DNA from: a virus
Lineage: Duplodnaviria > Caudoviricetes
IMG/VR virus record: IMGVR_UViG_3300006893_000010
Span: 1-54,515 of that record
Length of the DNA: 54,515 nt
Reading direction: 5' to 3' (one strand)
The notes beneath the pieces were generated by a model that did not search any database, was not told where the DNA came from, and was given only the letters and a program-made list of their open reading frames with translations. Below, in pieces: positions 18,995 through 27,858 of the stretch (its first letter is position 1; each line of letters opens with the position of its first letter). Position numbers and translations under genes: made by a program.

Positions 18995-20005
18995 CTATTG
19001 TGGCTCCGGCGACGCTTCCGGCTGGATATCGTATTGCTGTGGATCAGGGACGCCGACCGCGCCTGACTGCACGTCGGACTTCAAGGCGTTGTATTTGTCA
19101 TAGGCAGCCTGTTGCGCGATCCGGCCCAGCTTGAGGAAGTTGCGACGCTGCTCTGGGCTGAGTTGCGATCCATGCGCGCCAGACTGATACGCCCGTTGCA
19201 CACGCTCCATCAGCGCTACTGCGTTCTTATGTTCCTGAATCATAGCCATCGAGCGGGAGCCGCCTTTGATAGCGCCGAACGTAAGTGCGATGTGCTGGCT
19301 GAGCATATCCATGTCGAACGCGCCCGCGCCATCAGAGTACTTCTTGGGCTCACGTTCCGCGTTCTCGGCGTCGTTCATGTCGGCGACCATGCGGGTCACG
19401 CGGTTGTCGGCGTCGATGGATGCCTCGTGGTCGGTGAGCACCTTGGTATTCAGCTTCTCACGTTCGGCGAAGGCGTTGCGCTGGCGTCCAGCGGCGGCGT
19501 CGCGGGCTAGCTTGGCGCGATTGTCTATCGAGAGTTGAGACTTCTGCCGCCGCTCCTCCTCCGCTGCCTCTGTCTCTGCTCTCTGATTGAGTTGATTAAC
19601 GTAAGCCAACGACTTGGTTACTAACTCTTGTGGCTTGTTGACGAAGACCGGAGTAAGCGCCTCTGTGTATGCTTGCGCCTTGGCGCGAATCTTTGAATCG
19701 AGCGTAGCATAGTACTTATTCAAATCCTCTAGCGGGTTCGGGCGTTGTGGGTCTTCGATGAACTTCTGTTGTGATACCGACCACAAACGTCCTTCCGACA
19801 ACTCGTGTAACTCTCCAGCCTTCTTACGAAAGTCGAACTCCTGCGCTTGTCGCTCCTCCGCTTGCTTAGCGATCTGGAGGTATGCGTCCTGCACGTCCAT
19901 CTGGCGCGTCTTCTGCGCGGTGGCTTGCTTCTCCTGACGCGCCTCGTTCGACGCGCTGCCGTATTGGTCTGCGATAGAAGCAAGAGATGTGAATGCTGCA
20001 CTCAT
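18995..20005 (-). CDS. putative DNA ejection protein (coiled coil)
   Basis: Q/A/E/K-rich helical protein; podovirus-like position. Confidence 0.55.
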   Translation of the reverse strand: MSAAFTSLASIADQYGSASNEARQEKQATAQKTRQMDVQDAYLQIAKQAEERQAQEFDFRKKAGELHELSEGRLWSVSQQKFIEDPQRPNPLEDLNKYYATLDSKIRAKAQAYTEALTPVFVNKPQELVTKSLAYVNQLNQRAETEAAEEERRQKSQLSIDNRAKLARDAAAGRQRNAFAEREKLNTKVLTDHEASIDADNRVTRMVADMNDAENAEREPKKYSDGAGAFDMDMLSQHIALTFGAIKGGSRSMAMIQEHKNAVALMERVQRAYQSGAHGSQLSPEQRRNFLKLGRIAQQAAYDKYNALKSDVQSGAVGVPDPQQYDIQPEASPEPQ

Positions 20006-20008
20006 AAG

Positions 20009-20584
20009 TTATCCTCCGTAGAGCGCCGCAGCATCGTCGCCGCCACCTACAGTAGGTTGCGGAAGCATGGTCGTTAGCCCATAGTCCGTAGACGAGGGAT
20101 TCGGCACACTAGCCGGATTGATCCCTGCGGTGACGTTTCCCGGAGCCATCATCAGCATCTTTAGGATCGACGATATGTCAATCGGCTTCGTCGTCGGAGA
20201 GTTCTCGTATATGCCCAAGGATTGTAGCGCGGCCTGCTCGCCCTGATTCTTTTGTTGCGCCTCGATAGGGGCTAGCGCCTGTGCGTAGATATCCTTCATC
20301 ACCCCCGGCGAAGATCCCAACCCGCGCTCTGCCCCATACGCGTCCGTCTGCCGCGCCACGTCCGTCGTCAGGCCCGCCGTTAGTGGTTGCTGGAACCCAG
20401 AGACGAACTTGTTGAACGCGGCTGGATTCTGTATGAGGTTCTCGACGAACTTCTGCTTCTTCTGAGCCTCGTTATTGGCCATGAAGTTCTGGATGAGGCC
20501 GGTCCCTGCGACGGCCCCGCCCTCGACGGCTTTCCCGCCACCGCTCTGGAAGAACTGGCCGATCTGTGACATTACGTCCGACAT
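20009..20584 (-). CDS. putative ejection/pilot protein
   Basis: AERGLGSS motif, Gly-rich N-terminus, Q/A-rich. Confidence 0.55.
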   Translation of the reverse strand: MSDVMSQIGQFFQSGGGKAVEGGAVAGTGLIQNFMANNEAQKKQKFVENLIQNPAAFNKFVSGFQQPLTAGLTTDVARQTDAYGAERGLGSSPGVMKDIYAQALAPIEAQQKNQGEQAALQSLGIYENSPTTKPIDISSILKMLMMAPGNVTAGINPASVPNPSSTDYGLTTMLPQPTVGGGDDAAALYGG

Positions 20585-20585
20585 A

Positions 20586-20924
20586 CTAGCCTCCTAACGA
20601 CAGTCCCGGCGTCGAGCCGAATATCGTCTGTTGCGCCGAGCCGATATCCCCCGGCGATCCTGATAATTCCGCGATCATTGCCGATAGAGACGAGTCGCTG
20701 AGCGACCCCCCAGTCTGAGCCTGAGCGTTCGGCGCGGCACCTTTGAACATCTCCTGTTGCTGCGTCTGCTGCTGCTTCTGCTGAGCCTCGGTCGCCAAGA
20801 GCTGAGCGTTATTGTTGGCACCGCTGGTCGAGGGAGAGAGCGCGCCGGACGCCTGCAGGCCAATCTCCGTACCCGCCGTACCCGCCGTGATCAGCGACGG
20901 TATGAGTGGGATTATCCAAGCCAT
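20586..20924 (-). CDS. putative small ejection protein
   Basis: Hydrophobic N-terminus MAWIIPLIPSLITAG followed by a Q-rich segment. Confidence 0.5.
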   Translation of the reverse strand: MAWIIPLIPSLITAGTAGTEIGLQASGALSPSTSGANNNAQLLATEAQQKQQQTQQQEMFKGAAPNAQAQTGGSLSDSSLSAMIAELSGSPGDIGSAQQTIFGSTPGLSLGG

Positions 20925-20925
20925 A

Positions 20926-21327
20926 TCAATACCTTACCCCTAATCGTCCTGCCGCCCACACCCCGGTGCAAGGGACAAGATACCCACCCGCCCGAGATAC
21001 GATAGTCATCAGACGACGCTCGGCACGCCGGTTGTCGGCGAGGAAGGTCATGTAGCCGATCATGCCTAGCGCGCTGCAATCTTTGAACACGCGACGGCAT
21101 AGAGTCAGCGCCCATCCATGAGGAGCGTTGGGGAGTGCACTGATACGCATGATCGTCAGCACGCCATGAGTGTTTGCGCCCAGCAACTGCGCCACGACCT
21201 TGCCGTCGGCGACGAGCGCCCACTGCCACTCCGGGTCGATCTTGAACGCCTCGAAGCCGACGAGGAGTTCCGACGGCACCTCCCCGACGTACGGATGCCT
21301 CACTTCGATCTGACGCGTCTGTGTCAC
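20926..21327 (-). CDS. GNAT-fold-like protein preceding the ejection genes
   Basis: WALVADGKVVA strand pattern; position typical of podoviral acetyltransferase-like genes. Confidence 0.4.
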   Translation of the reverse strand: MTQTRQIEVRHPYVGEVPSELLVGFEAFKIDPEWQWALVADGKVVAQLLGANTHGVLTIMRISALPNAPHGWALTLCRRVFKDCSALGMIGYMTFLADNRRAERRLMTIVSRAGGYLVPCTGVWAAGRLGVRY

Positions 21328-23939
21328 GATATGATCAAGGCCGATCCCACCGGCTTCTCCGTTACTTCATAGCTGATCGCTTCCACCGTCGCAGGACCGC
21401 TCCCTGATACGGTGAGATTGAGATTCGCGGCCCGCTTGAGGATACGTACCCGAGCCTCGTATTGGTTCTGGCCTAGCGCAATCAGCGCCGCCTGCACCGT
21501 CTCTAACACCTTCCCATTCCGTTGCACCGTCGCTGCAATCGACGATGGGCCGCCGTCGCCGCGCATCACCACCTGATTATGGAATAGCTGCACCGTGCCA
21601 CCCTCCGCGAATACCTCGGCGTCCCTAAACGACCATTGCACATCCGTCACCGGAGCGCCGAAGTTGGTTGCGCCTGCGTCCCACGCCGGGTCTCCGGCCT
21701 GCCAGCGGCGGATCGCGCCGTCGAAGAATCCCGCCATCACGGTGATCGGCGAAGACCCCGGCGTGCGGAACTGTTTCAGGACGGATATTGGGAAGGGAAG
21801 ATCGACGACCGTCCACGATTTGAGGATGAGGTCGTAGCAGAACAGGCGAGAGAGGGATCCGCCAAGGCCGATGACGGGACTGCCTGCCGTGAACGTAGAG
21901 GATGGCGTTAGCGCGTAGGAGGTAGTAGTCGGAGAGATGGAGACGTATTCGTTCTCGCTGCCGGAGCCGCCCGTGCCCATGAATACCTTCCACGACGCAA
22001 CGGACGCGTTCGACGGAAGCGTGATGAAGATGAACGCGGTGCCGATGCGCGTGGACCCGTGGTGTATGGGATTGCTAATCGACACGACGTACTCGCCGCT
22101 GGAGAACGTCTGCCCTCCGATGGAAGTGAACTGGACGATGAAGCGGTAGGTGCCTGCTGTGAAGAACGGGCCGACAGTGTTGCCGAATGTTGTGATGCTA
22201 ACGCCGTCGAACACCGCCGTAGCCAATCCCTGCAATGGCACCGCGCACACATACATTGGGGGGTTGGCCGTCTGTGCCGCTTTGGCGAAGTATAGGTAGG
22301 ATTGGTCGATGGGCGTGATATCGCTCTCGGTAGACTCGGGGAACAGATACGGGCGAATGGCCTCTGGATCCTGTAACTTGTCTGAGATCCCATCCGTCAC
22401 CGCGAATCCCAAGTGAGAGAGCCGCATGATGCCGTAGCCAGGGACGAATTGCAGCGTCCGGGGTGCGACACATCCCAGATCCGTCTGTAGCCGCGTGATA
22501 GCGAAGTCCGTCGCGCCGAACACTCCCTGGATCAGATACGACGAGAAGTTCTTGAAGAACATGAGGAAGTTTTGCGGCGCGATCCCAGCCTCGGCCACGG
22601 TGAACGCCTTGATCCCGGTGCATTGGTCGCCGTCGTCGGGGGAGATCTGCGCCGCGTTCAACGGATTCCAAGACGCTGGATTGTTGAGGTCCGACATGCG
22701 AAGGGCCGAGGGGCCGTCGAGCTGATCGGCGGATTTGACGACGCCGGTGTTCGCCACCCACAGGGAGCCAGCGTAGACTTCGGCGTGAGCTGCACCACGC
22801 GGGGGCGGGGAGTTGCTGACCTGGCCCGAGTTCTTCCATAGGATATTATTGTCGGCGATGGTCGAGCCTAGTGTGGCGGAGAACGCTGGCGCGCTACCAC
22901 TGCCAGTGACGCCACCCTGCGACGCTGTAAACACGTAGAGTACAGAGCTAATACTCACCTGGATCTGGTCGCCTTGGTTAAATACCGTTGAGGTCGCCCA
23001 TACTGGATAGGAGGCGCTAAAGGAGTTGGTGATCTGGGTAGTCCCTCCGGTGGTCCCGTCGCTGGTATATGGCGTGATCCCGTTTCCTAGCGCCAGGATC
23101 ATCTTGTTGACGAACTGGACGATCTGTGGCAAGGGAGAGAGGTTGCCAGAGACGCCGCCGGTAGGGGTCGGAGGGGCGTAGCCGCTACCGCCTCCGCCAC
23201 CAGAGCCAGAGCCGCCGTAGCCGCCACCCGTGCCACCACCCTCGACGGGGAGGAAGTCGGCTGGGAGCGTCTTGATGATCTGCGCCACGCCGTAGGAGGG
23301 GAAGGTGAAGGCGTAGAACTCGCATACCTGCGTCGTGTCGGCGACCGGAGGCGTCCCTGCGCCAAGCGATATATCAGCGGTATTATCCGTGTAGGCTACA
23401 GTAGATTGTCCCGCGACCGTGGCGACGAATTTCTCGGTCCCCGTCGCTCCGCCCGCGACCGTCCGGTATACGTTATACCCCCCAACGGCGTTCACTAGCG
23501 CTGTCCAAGTCAGCGATCCCTTCTGCGCGGTCAGCGCTACGGTGACTTCGTTCGACGGCAGAGTCTCGCCGCCCGCACCGTCGAGGCCGGTGATGACGTA
23601 TTTATACGTGCCGGTGAGGACGCCGGATGCGCCAGCGGATGCAGCGAGGCTGACCGGCGTGCCAAGGTGCGTCGAGAGATCCTTGACGATGCCGAAGTAG
23701 GCAGCGTTAGCGCCAACCGGCTGGAATAGGAATACTTCCGTGATCGGCCCGAACGCGGATTGGAGCGCGCCGTTGAATTGCGCGATCAGGAGGGAGCCGT
23801 CGCAGGTCTTGAGTGCGCCACGACGGGTGAGGAGAAGGTTGGAGACGCGCGCGATGGATCCCTTCGGCTGAGCGTAGCGGTCAAAGCCGGACTGGAGACC
23901 CTTGAGCCAGCGAGAATGTGTAATAGGCTTGGCACTCAT
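21324..23939 (-). CDS. tail nozzle / DNA stabilisation protein (P22 gp10-like) with inserted FN3/Ig-like domains
   Basis: Size and position; LRMSDLNNPASW, LGCVAPRTL, LFCYDL..KSW beta-propeller-type motifs. Confidence 0.7.
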   Translation of the reverse strand: MSAKPITHSRWLKGLQSGFDRYAQPKGSIARVSNLLLTRRGALKTCDGSLLIAQFNGALQSAFGPITEVFLFQPVGANAAYFGIVKDLSTHLGTPVSLAASAGASGVLTGTYKYVITGLDGAGGETLPSNEVTVALTAQKGSLTWTALVNAVGGYNVYRTVAGGATGTEKFVATVAGQSTVAYTDNTADISLGAGTPPVADTTQVCEFYAFTFPSYGVAQIIKTLPADFLPVEGGGTGGGYGGSGSGGGGGSGYAPPTPTGGVSGNLSPLPQIVQFVNKMILALGNGITPYTSDGTTGGTTQITNSFSASYPVWATSTVFNQGDQIQVSISSVLYVFTASQGGVTGSGSAPAFSATLGSTIADNNILWKNSGQVSNSPPPRGAAHAEVYAGSLWVANTGVVKSADQLDGPSALRMSDLNNPASWNPLNAAQISPDDGDQCTGIKAFTVAEAGIAPQNFLMFFKNFSSYLIQGVFGATDFAITRLQTDLGCVAPRTLQFVPGYGIMRLSHLGFAVTDGISDKLQDPEAIRPYLFPESTESDITPIDQSYLYFAKAAQTANPPMYVCAVPLQGLATAVFDGVSITTFGNTVGPFFTAGTYRFIVQFTSIGGQTFSSGEYVVSISNPIHHGSTRIGTAFIFITLPSNASVASWKVFMGTGGSGSENEYVSISPTTTSYALTPSSTFTAGSPVIGLGGSLSRLFCYDLILKSWTVVDLPFPISVLKQFRTPGSSPITVMAGFFDGAIRRWQAGDPAWDAGATNFGAPVTDVQWSFRDAEVFAEGGTVQLFHNQVVMRGDGGPSSIAATVQRNGKVLETVQAALIALGQNQYEARVRILKRAANLNLTVSGSGPATVEAISYEVTEKPVGSALIIS

Positions 23940-25177
23940 GGGATCAGCACTCCGCCGAACCGCGACCCGAGACCCGCAGCCGTCTCTGGCCCGATGCCGC
24001 CGTATGCGTTGATCTGGCGAGGCCCCGCGATAATCCGGTTGGCGCTCAAGTCCTTCATCTTAGCCTCCGCCTCCTTCAGGTTCGCGGCGGCTCCCGCCTC
24101 GTCCTGCTCGGCCTTGCGGAAGCGGTATAGGATGTAGCTGACCAGCGCCTCGTCCCATCCTGGTGGGAGATACAGCGTCGATGCCGCTTGTCCCACGCCA
24201 TACGTCGAAGGGACGCGGTAGCCAGCGATCATTAAGTTTAGCTCGGTTACAGCCTGCGCCGCCCACGCTGCTGGCACCGTGCCACACATCCCACGCGTCA
24301 ACCCCGTCAGTCGTGTGTTGACACCGTCGATGGCAGAGTAGTTGACAATCTCTGCTCCGATCTGGCTCATGCCGAAGCCGAGGACATAGTTGGCGACGGA
24401 GGTGAGGCTGGCGACGGTATCCGTGATCGCCATTGACAGCGCCAGCGTAGTCTGATTCGACGTGCGGTTGGGCTGGGGCCAGCACTCGACCATCAGCCGG
24501 TCGGAGGCTTGGAACACGACCAACATGCCAGCGTAGCCAGGAACCGGGTTGCGCCGGAATACGTTGCTCTTGGCGAGGAGTCCTAGAGGATAGCCGTCGT
24601 ACCACGCCGAGTCGATCTTCTTCCAATAGCCGGGGACGGTATATAGTCCTTGGCCGCCGATGGTCCCGACCGCGCCAAAGTCCGGCAGGCCGCCGTGATT
24701 CTTGGCCGCCGCCCAGCCGAGAGCTTGGTTGAGCCAGCGGTAGAGGGCGAATACGCCGACCGCGCTACCGTCGGTATCTGGCATGTAGGCAGTCGAGCGG
24801 GCGGGAGGGTTCTGCGCTATAGGATTGAGATTGGTCAGTGTGAACGTCCCGGAGCCTCCGGAGATGGCGTATTGCTGATAGGCAGACTCCGCACCGGAGG
24901 CGGTCCCCCAATAGATACGGATGAAGGTAGCGGCAGGTGAGCAGGTGATCGGAACAGCGATGTTGCTGATGGCGCTAAGGGTGATAGACGCCTCCGTCGC
25001 GCCGACGGACTCGCCCCATTGGTTGAGTTGGGTGGCGACAAGGTAGTAGGTGCCAGCAGGGAAGGATGGGAATACGCTCAGGGGCGCGAGCGTACCGATG
25101 ACCGGCGCGTCAAGGGATTGCGGCAGGTCCGTCATCGACTCACGCGCGCTCAATATTAGATCGCCTACAAGTGACAT
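23936..25177 (-). CDS. head-tail adaptor-like protein with inserted domains
   Basis: N-terminal VGDLILSARE, LYRWLNQA, C-terminal LPPGWDEALVSY helices typical of adaptors. Confidence 0.6.
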   Translation of the reverse strand: MSLVGDLILSARESMTDLPQSLDAPVIGTLAPLSVFPSFPAGTYYLVATQLNQWGESVGATEASITLSAISNIAVPITCSPAATFIRIYWGTASGAESAYQQYAISGGSGTFTLTNLNPIAQNPPARSTAYMPDTDGSAVGVFALYRWLNQALGWAAAKNHGGLPDFGAVGTIGGQGLYTVPGYWKKIDSAWYDGYPLGLLAKSNVFRRNPVPGYAGMLVVFQASDRLMVECWPQPNRTSNQTTLALSMAITDTVASLTSVANYVLGFGMSQIGAEIVNYSAIDGVNTRLTGLTRGMCGTVPAAWAAQAVTELNLMIAGYRVPSTYGVGQAASTLYLPPGWDEALVSYILYRFRKAEQDEAGAAANLKEAEAKMKDLSANRIIAGPRQINAYGGIGPETAAGLGSRFGGVLIP

Positions 25178-25197
25178 AATTCCTCTGTTCTACTGTT

Positions 25198-25536
25198 CTA
25201 CTGTAAGGTTCCTGTCTGTGCTGGATGGGCCGGAACCGACACAGTAATTCCCAAAGCCAGAACAGCAGCTTTCGTTAAAGGAACCTGCGTCTCGGATATC
25301 CATGCCGTTGGCGCAGAGTTGAGCGCGTAGTACCGGATCATGGTTACGGGACTTCCTTCGACAACTAAACATTCTGCGAGCGCTAATTGAGTAGTCGGCG
25401 GGATCACGGGCCAGTAGCAGGCTGCGAGCGAAGCCACAACTACCGGGCCTTCGTAGACTCCTACGCCGGAGGGAGCCTGCGCGGAAAGCAGAGTCATAGT
25501 CACGAATATGAGCAGGAAGAAAAGTATCCGTTTCAT
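25198..25536 (-). CDS. small protein with signal peptide
   Basis: MKRILFFLLIFVTMTLLSA-Q; GAGG RBS. Confidence 0.65.
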   Translation of the reverse strand: MKRILFFLLIFVTMTLLSAQAPSGVGVYEGPVVVASLAACYWPVIPPTTQLALAECLVVEGSPVTMIRYYALNSAPTAWISETQVPLTKAAVLALGITVSVPAHPAQTGTLQ

Positions 25537-25548
25537 AAAGTCCTCATT

Positions 25549-27858
25549 TCACTGAATCCTCACCACGAACACCTGCGAAGCACAATTTGCGATTACTGTG
25601 CAAGTCGCGTTGCCGCTCGTATCCCCAAGCTGCCCCATGCCAGTAGAGGAATTCGCCATCGGTGAAGTAAATAAAGCGAAGTGACCCAATGGCGAGATTT
25701 CCGCTAGAGCGTATTCCCCTTGGAACTCAACTGGAGCCGCGTAGTTATGCGCAATGCGAATCAGTCTTCCGGAATTGGCGATATTGGCCGGAGAGTACAT
25801 CAGCATGATTTCATCCACACCACAGCCTGAGTAAACTGCATTGCTAGAGCCAGAAGACGTGGAAACCAAGAATGGCTCCTGATCCGCTCCCGAGTTCCAC
25901 CACCAGCTCGGGTGATCGTCAAGCGCAACCGAAGGGGGATTGCTGCCGCAGTAGGTAGTGGCCGCGGGGAAGGTAGAGAACGTCGAGCTGCCCCACGTTC
26001 GCCAGTCGTGGTAGGGGGTGTTGTCTTCGTTTACGATGCCGGTGTAGCCAGCGACCCAGTGACCGCTATTTCCTCCCACCATCTCGTAGACGTTGAGCGT
26101 TCCGATTTGCCAGATATATTCCCCGGCCCCGTAAAAGCAAGTAGAGGTGCAGGTCGCGGGAGTAACGACGGCCCATGTGCCAGTCGGGTCTATCTTCAAG
26201 TTGTGGATGGTGAACTGGCCGGGAGAGATAGGATGGCCGGGGCAGTTTTGACAGACCGCCGCGCCGGTCGATCCCCAGTCAGCGGTGATAGCCCCTGTGC
26301 TTGTGTTCCACGCGGTGATCCCCGACCCTACCTTGTAGAAAGCGACATAGATGGCCGTGTTCTGCGTTCCTGAGTTGGAGAAACATCCACCAAAGATAGT
26401 ATCTGCATTGTTGACTACCGGAGCTTCGCACAGGTTCACGTAGGAACTGGGAACCCCATTGGCGCTCGAAGCGAAGTCGTAAACCGTCGGCCCTTTGCCG
26501 GAGAGAGAGAGCGGGCAACTTCCGGTCGTGGGGTATGAACTCATCACGGTACCGACTGCCGTGCCAGCAGGATTCGAGAAGGAGTAAACCTTCTTTGCGG
26601 TGAGACCAGAGTAGATTGCCCCGCCAAACCAAGGGACAAGATTCCCCGCAGCGGTGCGCTGAGTGAAGCATGGTGTAGCTATCATCGTGGAGGTGTTGAA
26701 ATTCCAGATGTGAACTGCGGCTCCCGCGTTATAGGTTAGAAACTGCGATTCGTCGTTCGACCAGTTTCGATCTTCACCATCCCCCGGATCAATGAACTCT
26801 GAGTAGTTAGCCTGAAGCGGGCAACCCGTCGCATCGCCTTGCGCTACACAAAGATTGCTGGACGAGTTGCTGTCCGAAACTTCCGCCATTGGATTATTCA
26901 GCCCGAAAGCTCCATAAGTAGAATAGTTGCTGGGCTCTGGATTTAAGACTACTGTGCCTGCTCCAGTGCGCCCCGAAAACGGCGCAACAATAGGAGGAGG
27001 AATCGTAGCAACAGATGAGGAGCCGACTCCAGCCATTCCAAAACCGCACGGATCAGAGTACGGAATCCCGGTCGTCCCTGCCGTCAAGATATTAAAGTAG
27101 GCTGCATCTGTCGGGGGATCGTAAGCTCCTGTACCTGTATTCCAATCCTGCGTCGTCCAGGCTACCCATCCGTAAGTTCCGCTCGTATCGAAGGTGTTAG
27201 TTTCCTTGACTGAGGCTGCTTGATGGGTGTAACCGGCGGCTAGATCCCATTCATATTCCAGGTGGACTGTGTGCAGGTTAGGCGGCAAGTTCGAACCCGC
27301 TCCCGGAATAGTTTCGACGTAAGGGCCAGTCAGTGTGACTTTTACGTAGCCTATATTTGCATAGGTCGCCGTTCCGCACGCCGTGTAAATGGCGAACCTC
27401 GAATCGGACGAATACACAGAATCGCCAATGTTCATGTACCTTTTTGCGTAGGGGACGCCCTTGAATCCGATGCTGGGATTCAGAGATTCGAATCGTTTCC
27501 CCTCGCTGCACGAGGCGTATGTCAGTTCCGTGGTCGAGAGGTAAATATAATTCGCGTCGAAAGTGTTGATGTCCCACGGACAAGCTGGTGAATCTCCCTT
27601 GGTCGCATAGTAGTCGCCTGTTAGGAGTTGGTTGTAAATGTGATTTGAGGCCGAAAGGTTTAGCTTCGTCCCGGCCATGTGATCGGCTGCACGCAAGGAC
27701 GGTGACAGGAGCATCAGGGAGAGCATGTCGTAGGTGCCGCCCGACGGGATGCCGGAAGAAATGCCACCGCCAATCTGAAGTCCGCCCGAGACGGTCTGCG
27801 CGGAGACAGATACAACGAGAAACATAATGCCGAGCAGGGTTCTCAAAAACATTTCCAA
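25549..27858 (-). CDS. signal-peptide protein with probable C-terminal beta-propeller (carbohydrate-binding or lyase-like)
   Basis: MFLRTLLGIMFLVVSVSA-Q; WSNDESQF, IDPTGTW, ISPLGHFALFTS blade-like repeats; many Cys. Confidence 0.6.
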   Translation of the reverse strand: MEMFLRTLLGIMFLVVSVSAQTVSGGLQIGGGISSGIPSGGTYDMLSLMLLSPSLRAADHMAGTKLNLSASNHIYNQLLTGDYYATKGDSPACPWDINTFDANYIYLSTTELTYASCSEGKRFESLNPSIGFKGVPYAKRYMNIGDSVYSSDSRFAIYTACGTATYANIGYVKVTLTGPYVETIPGAGSNLPPNLHTVHLEYEWDLAAGYTHQAASVKETNTFDTSGTYGWVAWTTQDWNTGTGAYDPPTDAAYFNILTAGTTGIPYSDPCGFGMAGVGSSSVATIPPPIVAPFSGRTGAGTVVLNPEPSNYSTYGAFGLNNPMAEVSDSNSSSNLCVAQGDATGCPLQANYSEFIDPGDGEDRNWSNDESQFLTYNAGAAVHIWNFNTSTMIATPCFTQRTAAGNLVPWFGGAIYSGLTAKKVYSFSNPAGTAVGTVMSSYPTTGSCPLSLSGKGPTVYDFASSANGVPSSYVNLCEAPVVNNADTIFGGCFSNSGTQNTAIYVAFYKVGSGITAWNTSTGAITADWGSTGAAVCQNCPGHPISPGQFTIHNLKIDPTGTWAVVTPATCTSTCFYGAGEYIWQIGTLNVYEMVGGNSGHWVAGYTGIVNEDNTPYHDWRTWGSSTFSTFPAATTYCGSNPPSVALDDHPSWWWNSGADQEPFLVSTSSGSSNAVYSGCGVDEIMLMYSPANIANSGRLIRIAHNYAAPVEFQGEYALAEISPLGHFALFTSPMANSSTGMGQLGDTSGNATCTVIANCASQVFVVRIQ

